Origin: Felis catus
Lineage: Eukaryota
Assembly: GCF_018350175.1 (NCBI RefSeq)
Contig: NC_058368.1
Span: 208,384,001 to 208,448,000, forward strand
Length of the DNA stretch: 64,000 nt
Direction: 5' to 3'
This document shows positions 24,505 through 38,366 of the stretch, piece after piece. Below the pieces are notes generated by a model. That model did no database searches and was not told the origin of the DNA. It saw nothing but the letters and a program-made list of their open reading frames with translations. The position numbers and the translations under genes were made by a program. Position 1 is the first letter of the stretch. Each line of letters starts with the position of its first letter.

Positions 24505-24735
24505 AGAGAGTGGTTGACAAGAAAAGCTTTAGCCCAGTCTGGCTTGGTTCAAATCCCAGTTCAGCCACTCAACTTCTTTTGGCTGAATTAGGATTAGGGG
24601 GATTAGTCTCCTCATCTGCAAAAGGGTAATGAAGTAAGACCTACCTCAAAGGGATGTTAAAAGGAGTAAAAGTACAATTGTTTCTAAGCATTTGAAATAG
24701 TACTTGGCATGTAGTAAAGCCACATGAATGTTGAA
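24505..24735 (+). mobile_element. MIR
   Basis: ggttcaaatcccagttcagccact...ctcctcatctgcaaaa...acctacctca core. Confidence 0.7.
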
Positions 24736-25429
24736 GCTATTTAAAAATTCTGAAATAGTTTACCAGTCGCTGTTTTTTTTTACATTTGTGTGTCATTACA
24801 CACGAATTTATTCAACATCGTTGAGTAAATTTCCCATTGCCATCTTTTAAGTGAAAATAGAATGTATCTATATTTAAATTGTCCCATTAACTAACTCTTT
24901 CAATTAACTAACCAATGCAAATTGGATTTGATAGGAGGGTTTCTATTGTAATTCTATGAAAATAGTTACTCTTGAGAACAACTGAGTTTTATTTTTTCTT
25001 TAAAACAAAGCTATTATCATTATTTTAAAATAAGAGCAGAATGAGAATTCTAGGAAGGGCTCAGATCTATAATGCTTTCTACATATGTGTGTTTTAGATA
25101 TAGTTATTTATTGCCTATTATCTATGTGAAACGGAAAGTTTATTGGTTGATAACTTGATTGTTTCAGGATTAGACCCCCATACCCATGTGAAGCTAACTG
25201 CCCTGGACTTGCTCTAACAGCCAACGTTCCTTTTAAGCACTATACCAATGCCATCTTTGTTGGTGTTTAGGAATTGAATGAAGCTATTTGCCAGAAAATA
25301 AACTTTCAGCAGAAAAAGACAATGTTAATGATATTAATAATGAATAAAGACACCACAGAGGAAGCAAACAAAAGAGAGCAACAGGCCTGCTGACCTGTAC
25401 CACCTAAAGGCTTTGGGCTGACCAGAACT

Positions 25430-25625
25430 CCAGAAAAATATGGCCCTCTGCTTGTTTTGTAAATAAAGTTTTGTTGAAACACAGTCACACACTTTTATTT
25501 ACATAATGCCTATGGCTACGTTTGCTTTACAATACCAGGCCGAAGGGTTGTGATACAGACCCAATAAATAAAAATAAACGAAATATTTACTATCTGGCCC
25601 TTTACAGAAAGTTTTCTGACCTTGG
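25430..25625 (+). mobile_element. MER58A-like hAT-Charlie MITE
   Basis: gttttgtaaataaagttttgttgaaacacag...aaatatttactatctggccctttacagaaagttt. Confidence 0.85.
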
Positions 25626-26536
25626 TTCTTAAGGATCAATTCCATGTAAAAAATTCTATGTAGGCAGTGCTCTCTACAAGGTATGACTGTAACTGTGTTT
25701 TTTAAAGATGTTCTGGAACTTTGCCATCATGGATTAATTCCTCAAGGTGACCCCCAACAATGAGAGGCAAGCCAAGTGATTAAGCCACTGATACTGTCTT
25801 ATGACACAAATTTCTCCTCAATTTCCCCTTCAGGGTGTCTCCTGGAAGGATTCACTTAAGAGCATGCTATGGGGGTAATTTCACATGGGAATTCTGATCC
25901 TGTACAACATTACTCTTTTCTCTGCCCTGACACCCCTGGCTATCTACCTGTGGGTCTCAGTGTCTTAGAAGATGGTGTCTCTCAACAGATTGTATAGTAC
26001 AGCGCTAACCAGGAGGAGCCAAGAAGGTAGTTTAGGCCACGACTGAGCAGCAGGAGCAAGCTTTTCACAGCTCATTTGTTTCTCTGGACGTGGCACTGTC
26101 TTAGGAGCCTCAGCTGAGGGCTCTTTACCTCCAACCAGATAAGCAAAGACCACATTTGAAAGGAAAGAAGAGAAGTTGCACATAAGAGTCTCTACCTACT
26201 CCCCGGTCACAGAGGTGGTGGGGTCTCGCAGACACAGCATTGGGCCACAGGTCAAAAGCCTTGGGTCCTCATGCTCATTCTGCCACTAACTAGATGCATG
26301 ATCTCAGGCCAGTGACTTACCTTCACTAGACCATACAGAGTTAAGACAGCTACCCATCAGGTCCCTCCTTGTGCTAAAATCCAGGGTTTCTATGATGCCG
26401 GCCTTAGGAGGCTATGCTGTCACTACCAATGCCTGGTATACAGCAAGTACTACATAAATTTGGGCAATCGTCATTGTTTTGAGAAAGCAAGATGCACGCC
26501 TTTAAATGCAAATAGAGTTACCTAGAAGCAAATTCT

Positions 26537-26772
26537 TTTTTTTTTTTTTTTTAATTTTTTTTTCAACGTTTATTTATTTTTGGGACAGAGAGAGACAGAG
26601 CATGAACGGGCGAGGGGCAGAGAGAGAGGGAGAGGGAGACACAGAATCCGAAACAGGCTCCAGGCTCTGAGCCATCAGCCCAGAGCCCGACACGGGGCTC
26701 GAACTCACGGACCGCGAGATCGTGACCTGGCTGAAGTCGGACGCTTAACCCACTGCGCCACCCAGGCGCCCC
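26537..26772 (-). mobile_element. Young CanSINE (SINEC_Fc)
   Basis: Long T tail and retained CpGs. Perfect 16-bp TSD cctagaagcaaattct at 26521-26536 and 26773-26788. Confidence 0.97.
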
Positions 26773-29574
26773 CCTAGAAGCAAATTCTAAACGGAGCATA
26801 CTCACAAGTAGTGAAGGCTCTAACTCCTATTGGCCTTCTCAATTACTCCTCAGGCAGGACAACTCTGAACCATGTGTTCTGGACCAGTTCCTCCAGTTTC
26901 TCCCACCAGTTGAAGCTCTATCATCTATAATGTAACCCGCTTGCCAAGAAAACCTTCAGGACTCTCCTCTCAGTAGACAGTCTCACTCCCCCACGCTCCT
27001 GTTTTCAGCTTTTGTTTTGTTCTGTTTACCTTTCAGATCAACTATTTGTATTCAACTCTTTGTCTGTTACTGGGGAATCCAAACCAAGACAAAGGGTGTA
27101 GCCTAATTAATTCTTTTAAGTTTGAACGATAAGCATTTTCAGTTCAGTTCCACTCATCGGTAGAATATCAGATACAAATAGCCAAGAAACCAGAACAGAG
27201 TCTAAAAAATATCAAAAGCCTAAAAACCAGCAACAAACCTAAAAGAACTGGGAAAAAGTCCAAGCTTCCCATGGTCTTTTCCCTTGAGATCAAATTCACT
27301 GGAGTTATAAGAGGTTAGATTTGGTTCATGGTGATTTTCTCAAGAAATGAAGAATGATCCTCCCTTCATTTCATATGTGTTCTAGAAAGCTCTGGGTTCC
27401 TAGAATTTCTACTAGGGGTCATGAATATCACTGCGATCATTTCTCAACACCACACAGCAATGTATAGGTTGGTCTCGATATGCTCTTTCTTACACAAGCC
27501 AGCAGATTTGGGCCCAGAGAACAAGCTCATCCTCAAAAAGATCAAGGTTCCTGTTACTCTTGCCAGGAATCTACAGCAGGCATCCTTAAGCTAAATCAGA
27601 CCTGATCCTCAGAGAGATCTGAATGCAAGGTACATACAAATCAAAGCATTATGGTTATGCCTAAGGAGGGAAATCGTAGAAATAGGGCATATATTACAAA
27701 GCAATAGTACCAAAGGTATCAGGGTCCCAGCAGGAAGAAGAATTTATTTAATTAAAAAAGATTTTAATTAAAAGACTACTTACAGAGATGTGAGCTGCTT
27801 TAAGGGACAGCGAGGGATATTGATGGCAACCCGGAGCTCAGCACTCCAGAAGTGTTGCCATTACGCCATGAAAATGCCTGTGGAGAAAAACCAGGGGCGG
27901 AAAATGCAAGTGGAGAAAAACCAGGTTACTGGAGCTGGCCAGGGCCAAGATCCATGAAGGGGCAGGAGCGGTGGTTTCAGAGAAATGCAGTAGCAAAGCA
28001 GGGGGAATCAGGGAAGAAATACACTGGCTTCTCTCCCCTGCTCCCCCTCATCTCCTTCCAGTGCCTCAATCTGAGTAATGCCTTAAGGAGCCCCTCAGGG
28101 CAAGGAGGGGGGCAGAGATGAGAGGGAGTGGATGTGGGGTGAGGGGTAGGACAAAGATGAAAAACCCCAGGGTGTGTGGGTGCACAGCACAATATGCTGG
28201 AATCTGTCTTCATGGGTAAAACTCTGTAGTCGTTGTTTATTTAACACTCAGTTCACCCTTTCCACCCCTTGATTACGAAAATATTCAACGTACAGAAAAG
28301 TGAGTTTTCCAGTGAACATGTATTCACTCACCACATGGATTCCACCATTGACATTTTACTACTTGCTTTATCGCGTATGTATCCAACAATCTACCCCTTC
28401 TCCATCCATCAGGGAATCTTATTTTTTATGTACTTCAAAGTAAATTTCATATGTCAGTAAGCTTCCCCCTAAATACTTTGGCAGTATATCATTTACTTAG
28501 TTCAATTTTAATTGCTACTACAATGCAACTTATTTTCAGCTCTCTGCTCTCTCCATATATATCCAAGTCATATATATGCATATACATATATACATATGGA
28601 AGTCAACCGGTGAATGGGTCAATCAATTAAATGGGTCAATCAGTGGGTCAATCAACCAAACTCTGTAAGCTGCTTTTGGTTGGGCTGCCCAGGGGCATTC
28701 ATTTTATCAGACATGTTGGTCCTTGCAAAACAAAGACTGGAAAAACCTTTGCAAACACTCCAGCTTTTGGTTGCTTTACTTTCCAGGGATTACAGAATTG
28801 ATCTTCCTAAGCAAGCCAGGGCCAGCACAATAAAACTGAAGAAGAATGTTGAAGAACTTGAGTACTGTTTTCCTCCCGACCTCACAGTCAGATCTCATTA
28901 CGAGAGAAGGACTGGCTTTATCCCTTCTCCCGCAACCTGACCTTTTCAATCATGCCACCAATGCCATTCCCACACAGCCTCATTTTCCTTCGGTTTTAAA
29001 GACAGGTGGGGGAAGGAGGGGAATTGAACACTGGACTGTTAACTCCTCCTCCCCCACTATCTTTTGATGTACCAGTAAATGGTATTATTGCCTTTGCTTC
29101 TTAACCTTCCAAGACATGATAAAAAACAGATCCGAGGCAGCCCTGCATGTTACTTCAAACTCTACCTGTTCTCCACGTATGGAAAATGACATATTTCACA
29201 ATTTGGACTCGATCAGACACTCCGTAAGAACCCACAATTCCAATAGCCTTTGGCAGCACGTAGGTAGGATTTAAATTACATACTGCTGCAGACTGAGTGC
29301 TGAGATATTTCCTTCTCTAAACCAGACTGCAGTGCGCGTTTTCAAATGTCTGCTCAGGTTGAGCAAAGCTGTTGGCACATGGAAGTGACACCTCTCCTGT
29401 ATTGTGCTGGAGGGAGGAAATGAATTCGGGAGCGGGGAGCAGAATCAAATTAATCACACGACGTAAAAAGGTGTTTGCCCACAACAAGGCCATCTCTTTC
29501 CATTCCACAGCTGCCAGGGGAAGGCCAACTGCATGCAAGACACTCCACCAGGCGATGGAGGAGACCCACAGGTG

Positions 29575-30065
29575 AAAGATGTCATAGTGCTTTCCTCAAC
29601 AAAGTTACAAATCTAATAGAAGGCATGAGTCAGGCACACCGATAACATAATACAAGGGAGAATGGGAGAAAACAGAAATGGATCCTGGCTGGGAGGGAAC
29701 ATGAAGACTTCACAGAACAGGGGGCAACTGAGCCATGCTTTGAAGGGTCATTGCATTTCCCTGAGCAGAGACGTGGGAAGGATGTTCCAAGGAGGCAGAT
29801 CAGCATGTCGACAGGCTCATATTGGAAAAACGAAGAAGTAGACTATAGAATAGCAAATAATCTAGTTTGGCTGGAATACAGGTTGTGTATTCAGTGAGAA
29901 GACAGGAAAAGTAAGTTGGAGCCATATTGTGACAGACCTTGGATGTTCAGCTTTAGAGTTTGGAAGGCAGCAGGGAGCCAGAAAAGAATATTAAACACAA
30001 GAGTGACAGGATTAGAACTGCATTTTAGGAAGATTATTCTGGCAGAGAGCATGGTTGACTCAAAA
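29575..30065 (-). mobile_element. L2 fragment
   Basis: acaaatctaataga...gaagacttcacaga...tagtttggctgga...agaactgcattttaggaagattattctggcag. Confidence 0.7.
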
Positions 30066-32179
30066 TGGGGAGAGAATAGATATCATAGAAATAGCATCTT
30101 TTATACTTATTCTCTTAATACCACAGTAAAGAAGGTAGCTAAGGAAACTTTTTGTTTATATTCTAACTGCAAATAGCCTCTTTTTGGGTAAGGAGCCATA
30201 CAGCTGATATATGAAAATCTGTTACTACTCTAGTAGCTATATACAATTTTGATATATGATCTTGATTCTTTCGTCTCGGTTTTATACAAAGCCCAAAATG
30301 GATGTTGGCTATTTTTATTAAACTCTAAGCCACTTCCAGATCTTTCATCGATAACATGATCTTTATGACTAATCTAGATACCAAGAGTCATCATTTAACA
30401 ACATAAACTCCAAGAATCTATAATATAAAATTAAGGAAATGAAATCATTTTCAATTCCATTTTCACGGGAGCCTAACTAAACTCAATTATACATCTGTGT
30501 CAATGTTGTCAATATTTGAGGCCTCTCGAGTATGAAAAAGCAACCATCTCCACCGCTGTACAAACTCTACAAATTGTAATGAATCAAATTAATATGGACT
30601 AACTCTGGAGTGTAATTATGTACCAAACGTCTAAGTGCTTTCCTAGGTGCATTTCCAGAAATCATCTCATTTATTCATCACACAGAACCTTAGTGGCAGG
30701 TACTATGAGCCTTAAGTTTCAGATGAAAATCTAAGGAACAGAGACATTAAGTTCTCTATCTGGAATCAGACAAGAATAAATTTGAAAACTAGGATTCAAA
30801 TCCAGGTCTGTTTACTGGATTCTCGTTATAATTGCTCGAAGCTGAAGGGATGTGTGTTATGTGTGTAGGTTGTAACCACAGCCCATGAATTACTTTAAAA
30901 CAGCTAACAGAGGAATAGTTCTTTTTTCAAACTAATGGTTTATTTAACTACACTAATTAGGAACTCTTAGAATATCACAGAGCTGTTTAAGAAACCAACA
31001 GCAAGTCTTGAGACTTGAATGATAAACCTTGAAATACACCACGTTGAAGGTCTAGCAAACATCATTTGCCACTAAAGAAAATGGCTAAACAGTACAGGAA
31101 TGGCAAGCTTCAAGGCCAGGCTGAGTCCTCTGAGTGGTCCCCGAGACCCCAAAAGGGTCTTCTTGGGGAGACATCTTGGGGGACTCTGGAGCTAGCCTCC
31201 AGCTACCACAGTTGTTTCTCGATCGTAAATAGCCCCTCAGTCACCGTGTACTTGACAAAATGCACAACTAACCAGCCAGGAGTACGACCGTACCAGTACC
31301 AGATCATTCTACATGGTGTCCTGCGACATGCACTGGAGCCTTTGCAAGTGAAGAGTGGCAAGCCTTGGTAAGTTTCCTCCCGACTGCACGTCATGACTGC
31401 AGAGCCGCTCAGGCATGTTGTAGTGATCAGGTTTTTATCTGTTAGCTGCAGGAATACCTCTGGAATGCTGCGAAGCAACAAGGGCTAGGGGCTGGATGAC
31501 CCAGGTTCATGGCCTGGCTATGCCTACTTCCTCTTTGCTAAGTCATCTGCTCTGGACTTCCCAGTGGAAATGATCAAATGAGATCATTTCGATGAAAGTG
31601 TTTTAGGAAGTGCAGTGGTTCAATCAAATGTATCAATTTATTTTTGTTGGGATCAGTCCACACCATCTTCGTTCCATCAAAGCAGGCTGTGGTGTCTAAA
31701 AACTGATTTTTATATTTTAAGATGTATATCTCACTGAATAAATTATCCTACCATGAATAGTCCTTTTTGTTATGGGACACAAATAGAAGGAGCTTCCAGA
31801 AAACTATAGGGAAATCACTGGAGTTCTGGTCGATGTGCCTTAGAAATGTACTCTATTTAACCAACTGGATAGTTATTTTACTTTTTAAAAGGGACTAGTT
31901 TTACTTTTCGTAAAATGGACAAAAAAAGTGGCAACAAATAGCATATATTCACGCAAACATATACCCATTTTTGCATCCTTTTGCAAACCAATCTAAGTCA
32001 ATTTGACTGCTTAGTGTTTAGGATCTTTTGTTAAATTATGATGATTTCCAACACATAGATAGATGGTAGCCATCTGCTTTTCAGCCAGACTGCACATTAT
32101 AATGGATGCAAATTCTAGGCCAAGTTCTGCCACGTACACAAATATTCGTTGGCAAGAGGTCACCAAAATTCTCATAAAC

Positions 32180-32620
32180 TTTACTCTTTTAACATCCCTT
32201 GTCTATGGGTTTAGAAACTCCAAAGGACTGCATCAGAAACTATCCACCACATCGGGTCACTTTCTTCCGGTGCACGTGGCCAAACTATGTTTCCCAGCCT
32301 CCTTACAGTTAGGTGGGAGCCACAGGACCAGGTTCTGGCCTGGCAAGTAAAAATCTCCCACAGGGGCCTTCCTTTTCTTTTCCTTCCATGATAGCTTGGA
32401 AGCCCATTCTAAAGACGATGGCATTCCAAGACAGAGGACACAGGGAAAGAATGACTCAGGTCTCCAAGTCACACTTGGAGGGGAGCAGTCCAGGAGAGCT
32501 TGCCCGACAAGGAGCATCCACTTTGGACCTACGAGTAAATAAAAAATAAATCTTGTGTTAAGCCACTGAGATTTGGGGTTGTTACAGCAGCAAGCACCTT
32601 GCTGAGGCAGGTACATCAAC
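32180..32620 (+). mobile_element. MLT1-type MaLR LTR
   Basis: tttcccagcctccttacagttagg and terminal aaataaatcttgtgttaagccactgagatttggggttgttacagcagc. Confidence 0.8.
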
Positions 32621-34489
32621 ATTCTAATGGCGGAATCCGCAAATCATCTAGGGGAGCAGGCAAATGAGTCTACTGTTAAGTGAGCAAAATCTAGGACTGA
32701 ATGAAGCTTTAGCCCAACTCTAAAGCGGCTGGACTGTCGGCTTTAGTGCTTCTTATTCTTTTTCCATTCAAAAAATAGAGGGACATGTATGATCTTCCTA
32801 GCTATTCACATATTTCACCAATGGAAACATTATTTCTAACATAATTTATGCTCGTTAACAAAACCTCTAGATTGGATTTTTGCTAATACTTATTTTCATG
32901 TATTTCCCAAGTCACTTTTGAGAGTGGACTTTAAAAGTTCAAGTGGTAACTCCCTAGCCCTGGAGTGTGGGTTTCTGCCTAGCAAGAGATCAAGTTCAAA
33001 ATATTTAACCACTGGTACGGCACAGGCAGTGAGAGATTAAAATAAAATATAAAGTCTTATGCAGGAGTGGTACCTTCTATGCCAGATTACTTCTAGTGTT
33101 AATTAAGCACCCTTCGGGTAGAGATGAAAGTAATTCACACAATGACTGTTTATACTGAAGTATTTTAAAAATAAATTACAAGCAATATAACAAGCATCTA
33201 ATTCACAGCCACCACCCATTTTATTTATTTCTCTGCTCACTCTAAGAATTACAAGCAAAGGATCATGGGACCTATTCCTAAGTGTAAAATTAGATCAATA
33301 AAATTAGCCATCTGTCCAAGGAAGGCTCTACACTCAGGTTGTATTTAAGTATTATGTTTCCAATTGCCCAGATGTTACAGAAAAGTGCCTGCTGATACAA
33401 CTCCTTTTGCACAATGTAAACCATTAACTGGCTAACAGAAACCTATTGTGCCAAGATAAATAAATAGCATTAACATTGCATTAAATCTGATTCGGGATCT
33501 TGGGTGCCCTGTCAGCAAACACAAGTGTTAAGATTTAAATTGCTCAGGATTTGCAGAGTCAGATGAAGAAAGAATCAAGTGTCTTCAGGGCAGCGAGGAG
33601 GAAGAGACTGGAAAGGAGACAAAAGCTTCGGAAAGTATATCTTTGGTTGGCTAGTTGGTAAGGTAATAGTAATTACGATGATTATTGTCGAATGGTAATA
33701 TCCCATCTTTATGTACTGCTTCGGCTCTTGCAAAGCACTAGTCTGTTTTATTTCCTTCGATTCTTAAAATAAGCCGGTGGGTTATCTGGGGGGATGCAGG
33801 GGCTGCATGGCCGAGGAAATGCAAGAATCATTAATAGGAAAAGAAGAGCCAATGGAGCCTGACCTCTAACATTCCATGTCATTGGTAGCGGCTCATGAAT
33901 TACTCCAATCTCCTGATCAATGAGCAAACCTGAACCATTTCTTAACTCCCTAGCTTCACAGAGATTTTCTCCACTCCCAGTTACACATCAGTCTGGCTAA
34001 TTCTCGTTTAGAAACAGCTGCTCCCCCTGCGCCCCACACCCTGCAAAACCTCCCCAAGACAATTACCAGGCAAAAATCATCCACCACCCTTGGGGTTACT
34101 GTTTCTCAAAGGAATCCATTCAAGCAAGACCACAAACCTGGCAGCTACATTTTCTAAACCAAAAATCAAGGCATGTGGTTGACCAAAGAGTCCTTCTGAT
34201 ATGCCAATTAATTTATCTGAAAAATCTGACAACTCAGTACAAATTAAATCACATGTAATCAATCAAATATTAATATGTATGGAAAAGGAACACGAAATCT
34301 TAAGTGTCTGTGTTTACTGCTGTTCCTGGAACATATTCTTTCAGTCACACATATTCATTCCGTTTCTTTTTTTTCCTCTGTCCAGATTAAACAATCCCAG
34401 TTTCATAAATATTGCCTTCAGCCTCAGGCTTCTGTGCCGGTTAAACGCTTGAGTACATGTATCGCTAGAAGGATTGCATCCTTCTAGCA

Positions 34490-34650
34490 ACCTTAATGTC
34501 AGGTTCTTTCCTCATCTTATTTTTACAGACACAGAAACTGAGGTTTACCAAGCTAATATAACTTGCCTTACATCATCAAGTAACTAACAAAAAACAGTGT
34601 CAGAACTTGAACCCAAATTTGCCAAATATTAAAGTCTGTGCTCTCACCCA
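34490..34650 (-). mobile_element. MIR
   Basis: ttttacaga...gaaactgagg...taacttgcct...agaacttgaaccca. Confidence 0.65.
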
Positions 34651-36164
34651 AGGAGGAGGCAGCTTTGGAGGCTGAAAGAACAGGTGCAGGGTGGGGGTTG
34701 GGAGGGTACAGTGGGTCTGAGGAAAATGGGGGCCGAGGGGCTAGCTACACACAGTTCCATGTGGCTTCTGTTCATGCCACTACAGGCTTTCCCTCTGTGC
34801 AGCCACCTCTCAATGAACAGGCTGGTGGCGGGTGGGGATTTGCCTAGTAGAGATGTTGCTCAGCTATCTTCTGAAGACCACAAGCCCCAAATCTAACCTT
34901 CAGAAGACCTGTGGGGTCTAAGGTTACAATACAGACCCAGAGCAATGAGTTGTTGCTGCCAATCACATGTGGTGTGGATGAACAAAGGAAGGGGAGACTG
35001 TCAGTGTCCTGCAGAGTATTTGGGGAGCAGGTGCAGAGGAGAAGGAGGCTGAGAGGAGCCTAACCTCTCCTTTGTCACATCTCAAATGGGGCCCGCAAAT
35101 CACCTCAAGTCATCTGAGGTTCTTGTTAAGAAGGCGGATGCCTGTGAGGCACTCCAAGAATTCTTAACCCACATGGAAGGTCAGGAATCACTGGCCTGAG
35201 ATCTGCAGAGGTCAGATCTGCTCTGAGCCAGCTCTGAAAAGTGCATCCTCTGCTGACAGCGGTTTGACTTGACTTTCCCTTGTGTCCCCTGCTGGCCCCT
35301 CCCCACCCCCCGATCCCATGAGACTGGGGGGCAAGTAGTGACTAGGACGCAAATGTCTTCCAGCTCATTTCAAGAAGCTGAAGCCACACTCTGGGGTCTT
35401 TCTTCAAAACAGGAGTGGATTCAAAGATGGGTTTGGGGGTGTCCACTACCAAGTGCCATTTAGGCTCTGAGGTACCTCTTATCCGTTTCCCTGTTTCTAT
35501 CCCTGAAATAGCAGGTATACTTCCCATATCTGCAGTTTGACACCTTATGACCAAAATCAGTGGCAGGGGTCCTGACCAGCTCAAAAGATTTTCTGTTTCG
35601 ATCATGACATCACATCATTCATTTAGTCGATTGAGAAAAACTAGTCCTGCTCACTGAGTGGGTGTGGCAGGAAGACTCAGGACATCCACAGGACAGCCCA
35701 GTGGAAGCTGAGGTCCCACTATGGCCTCAGACGCCCGAGTCCCTGTCTTCCCAGAATCTAGTTCTGCGTCACTGGACCCCTTTTGAGCTAGACAGATGGA
35801 CAACTACTCCCAAAAGGATTCTAAGGTTATGAAAGCCCTGGGCTCAGGGTAAGAAACAAAAAGCAAAAACAAAAAACACCACTCAGTTCCTTTCTGGCCA
35901 AGTCACTCTTCCATGAGAAAGAATTCTGAGAAACAAGTACTGCCACATGTTATGTGACATTTACCCCTGACCTTGACCTCTCTGTCCCTTTACCTCACAG
36001 AGACTCAAAGGAGAGAGAGAAAGACATGCAGGGGCTTCTTAGAGGAATTAGATATGATGTAGAAACAAATAAGAGGGTAGGAGGGCTAATGAAATGAAAC
36101 AGCAGAGGAAATATTTCTGCTACATTGCCTGGACTGCATGGATGCTAGTAGTTAGGTCCTGGGG

Positions 36165-36166
<2 letters not shown>

Positions 36167-36209
<43 letters not shown>
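36167..36209. repeat. (CA)n microsatellite
   Basis: Directly visible. Confidence 0.95.
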
Positions 36210-36210
<1 letters not shown>

Positions 36211-37634
36211 CATTTATGGGGGGATATATACGTGGCCTTTATGAGCTCCGGTTTTCCCCAAGAAGCCAGACAATCTGGATAGCATTGTAATGATGTACTT
36301 CGGGTTGAAAAGGGACAAGGAGAGACACATAGAAAACATGAGCCCCCAAAGACATGCTTTGAGAAGGGCGCTTGCATGGGAGCCATGAGGACATAACCAG
36401 TCTCTTGCGACCAGCAGGTTGTTCAGATTGGCATGGGGGGAAGTAGAGCTGGAAGATCCATGACCGCTAGCCATTGAACCTCACCCTAGCAGCAGCAGAA
36501 ACCACCTAGAGGCACGTGTATTCACCACCATCAACGAGCAGGATCACTGCCCATGAGCTAACTCCGCTCTTCCAGACTTTTGTTTTTTGCTCTCTGAGTT
36601 TCTTTGGATCTTCCTTGTAGTCTGATTTTACAGGCAAGGAAATGCTGAGGAAGCAGAAAGGAAAAGATCAGAGACCCGCATCTCCCTAACGACAGTTCTG
36701 GAGCCCCAGCTCTCCTAGGGATGACCTTGAATTCTCAACTCCGACCTGACCTGGTCTCACTGACCCTGGGACCTCAGGCAAACTGGAAAGACAGGAGGAA
36801 AGGCAGGGCCTTTATGCAGTCCTCCAGCCCCTGTCTCTGTGCCAGAGACTTAATTAACACCATGAGTTACCAATCTGCCTGTGGAAACGTGTGTGTGGCT
36901 TGATGAGCGCTGGCTCTAGCACAAGTGTCTGGATCTCCTTTTCCCATCTTCCTGCTCCACATCAGAAACACAACCATCTTTCCCGTACTTCCTGGTGAGA
37001 CTCCGGAGAAGGGAGAAGTACCCACTCAAGAGGGCCTGGGTACCAGTTCCGGGTCAGCTTCTGATGTAAAGTTGGACAAGCCCCTTAATCGCCCTCAGCC
37101 CAGTCGTAAAATGAGGGCTTTTCACTTCCTTCCAGGTCTATGATTCTAATTCATTTTCTGAAAAGGAATGAAGGGTATATTATGTTTCCACGCCGTGAAG
37201 ACCCAGAAGATGACAGTGTCCTATACCCTACCTATCTTCAGAAGCCTCTTTTTTCTACCTCCAGGTACTTGGATGGATCCTCTGGCCCTCCCAAGACTTA
37301 GCACCCAGGAGTTCAACAAGAGAAAGGAAGTGGTTCAGCAGCCTGTAAGATTACATCCCTCGATTCTTGTAGATGAGCTCAGTAGACAGTGGCTTCCAGG
37401 ACTCCCTCTCAGTATATCACTCACACTGTTATCTTTAAAGGCCTGGGCATGATCCCATGTACAAACATTTAACAGCATTTAACAGGCTCCCCATGCGCAG
37501 CAGCAGGGATAATGCCCTCCATCCAGCTCTGTCCATGGGAGCTCCCTGGTTCAGCCAGGAGGAAGATGCCCTCCAAGGCAGGCTGCGTACCCCTGCTAAC
37601 AGGACTGCTAAGGACTCCCATTCCTGGTCCTGAA

Positions 37635-37845
37635 TATCACAGCCTGAATCCTGTTCCATAACTCACTAGTTGTGTGACCTTGGAAGAGATATTTAATTTC
37701 TCTAAGCCACAACTTCATTTTCAGTCAAACAGAGGTAATAATAGTACCCATCTCACAGAGCTATTGGGTTGATTAAATATCAGTATGCGCCAAGTTCTTA
37801 GAACAGTGTAGCAAGCACTTCATTAGAGTTAGTTATTATTATTTA
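37635..37845 (+). mobile_element. MIR
   Basis: tgaatcctgttcca..actcactagttgtgtgaccttgga...taataatagtacc..tctcacagag. Confidence 0.75.
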
Positions 37846-38155
37846 ATTTGACTTAACTTAAAAGCTGTCATTTCTTGTTAGTCTCGGCAAATGCAGAGGA
37901 TTCTTTATTAATGCTCGATGACAGCAGATGAGCTATCTTGGGGTCGAGGGAAAGGCTGCCTACGTCTGACTCAAATTAAACTCATAATTAAACCTGCTAC
38001 TTGTTTACTTGTTTTTTTTCCCACTAGAGGTAGGTGGGGACGGGAAATTTTCTGGTTGATTTTGAATACAAGACTTCTCCACCAAAGCTGTACTTGTCAA
38101 AAGTAGATTTAGGGGCGTTAGGAAACATACAGGGTCACCTAAAGAAAACAGGACT

Positions 38156-38366
38156 GGGGGCACCTGGGTGGCTCAGTCAGTTGAGTGTCTGACTCTTGAC
38201 TTTGGCTCAGGTCATAATCCCAGGGTTGCGGGATCCACACCACGCAGCGTGGAGTCTGCTTGGGATTCTCTCCTCTCTCTCCTTCTGCCCTTGTTCTAGC
38301 TTGCACTCTCTCTCTCTCGCCCTCTCTCTAAAATAAAAAAAGTAATAATAAAAACAAAAACAAAAA
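38156..38366 (+). mobile_element. CanSINE (older, internally deleted)
   Basis: SINE head, CT tract and A tail. TSD caggac. Confidence 0.9.

Noticed and set aside
31066..31481. Overlapping ORFs and a plus-strand donor TTG|GTAAGT (GT at 31368) as an antisense exon
   Set aside because: No recognisable protein and no clear acceptor or promoter, so it cannot be supported without RNA data.
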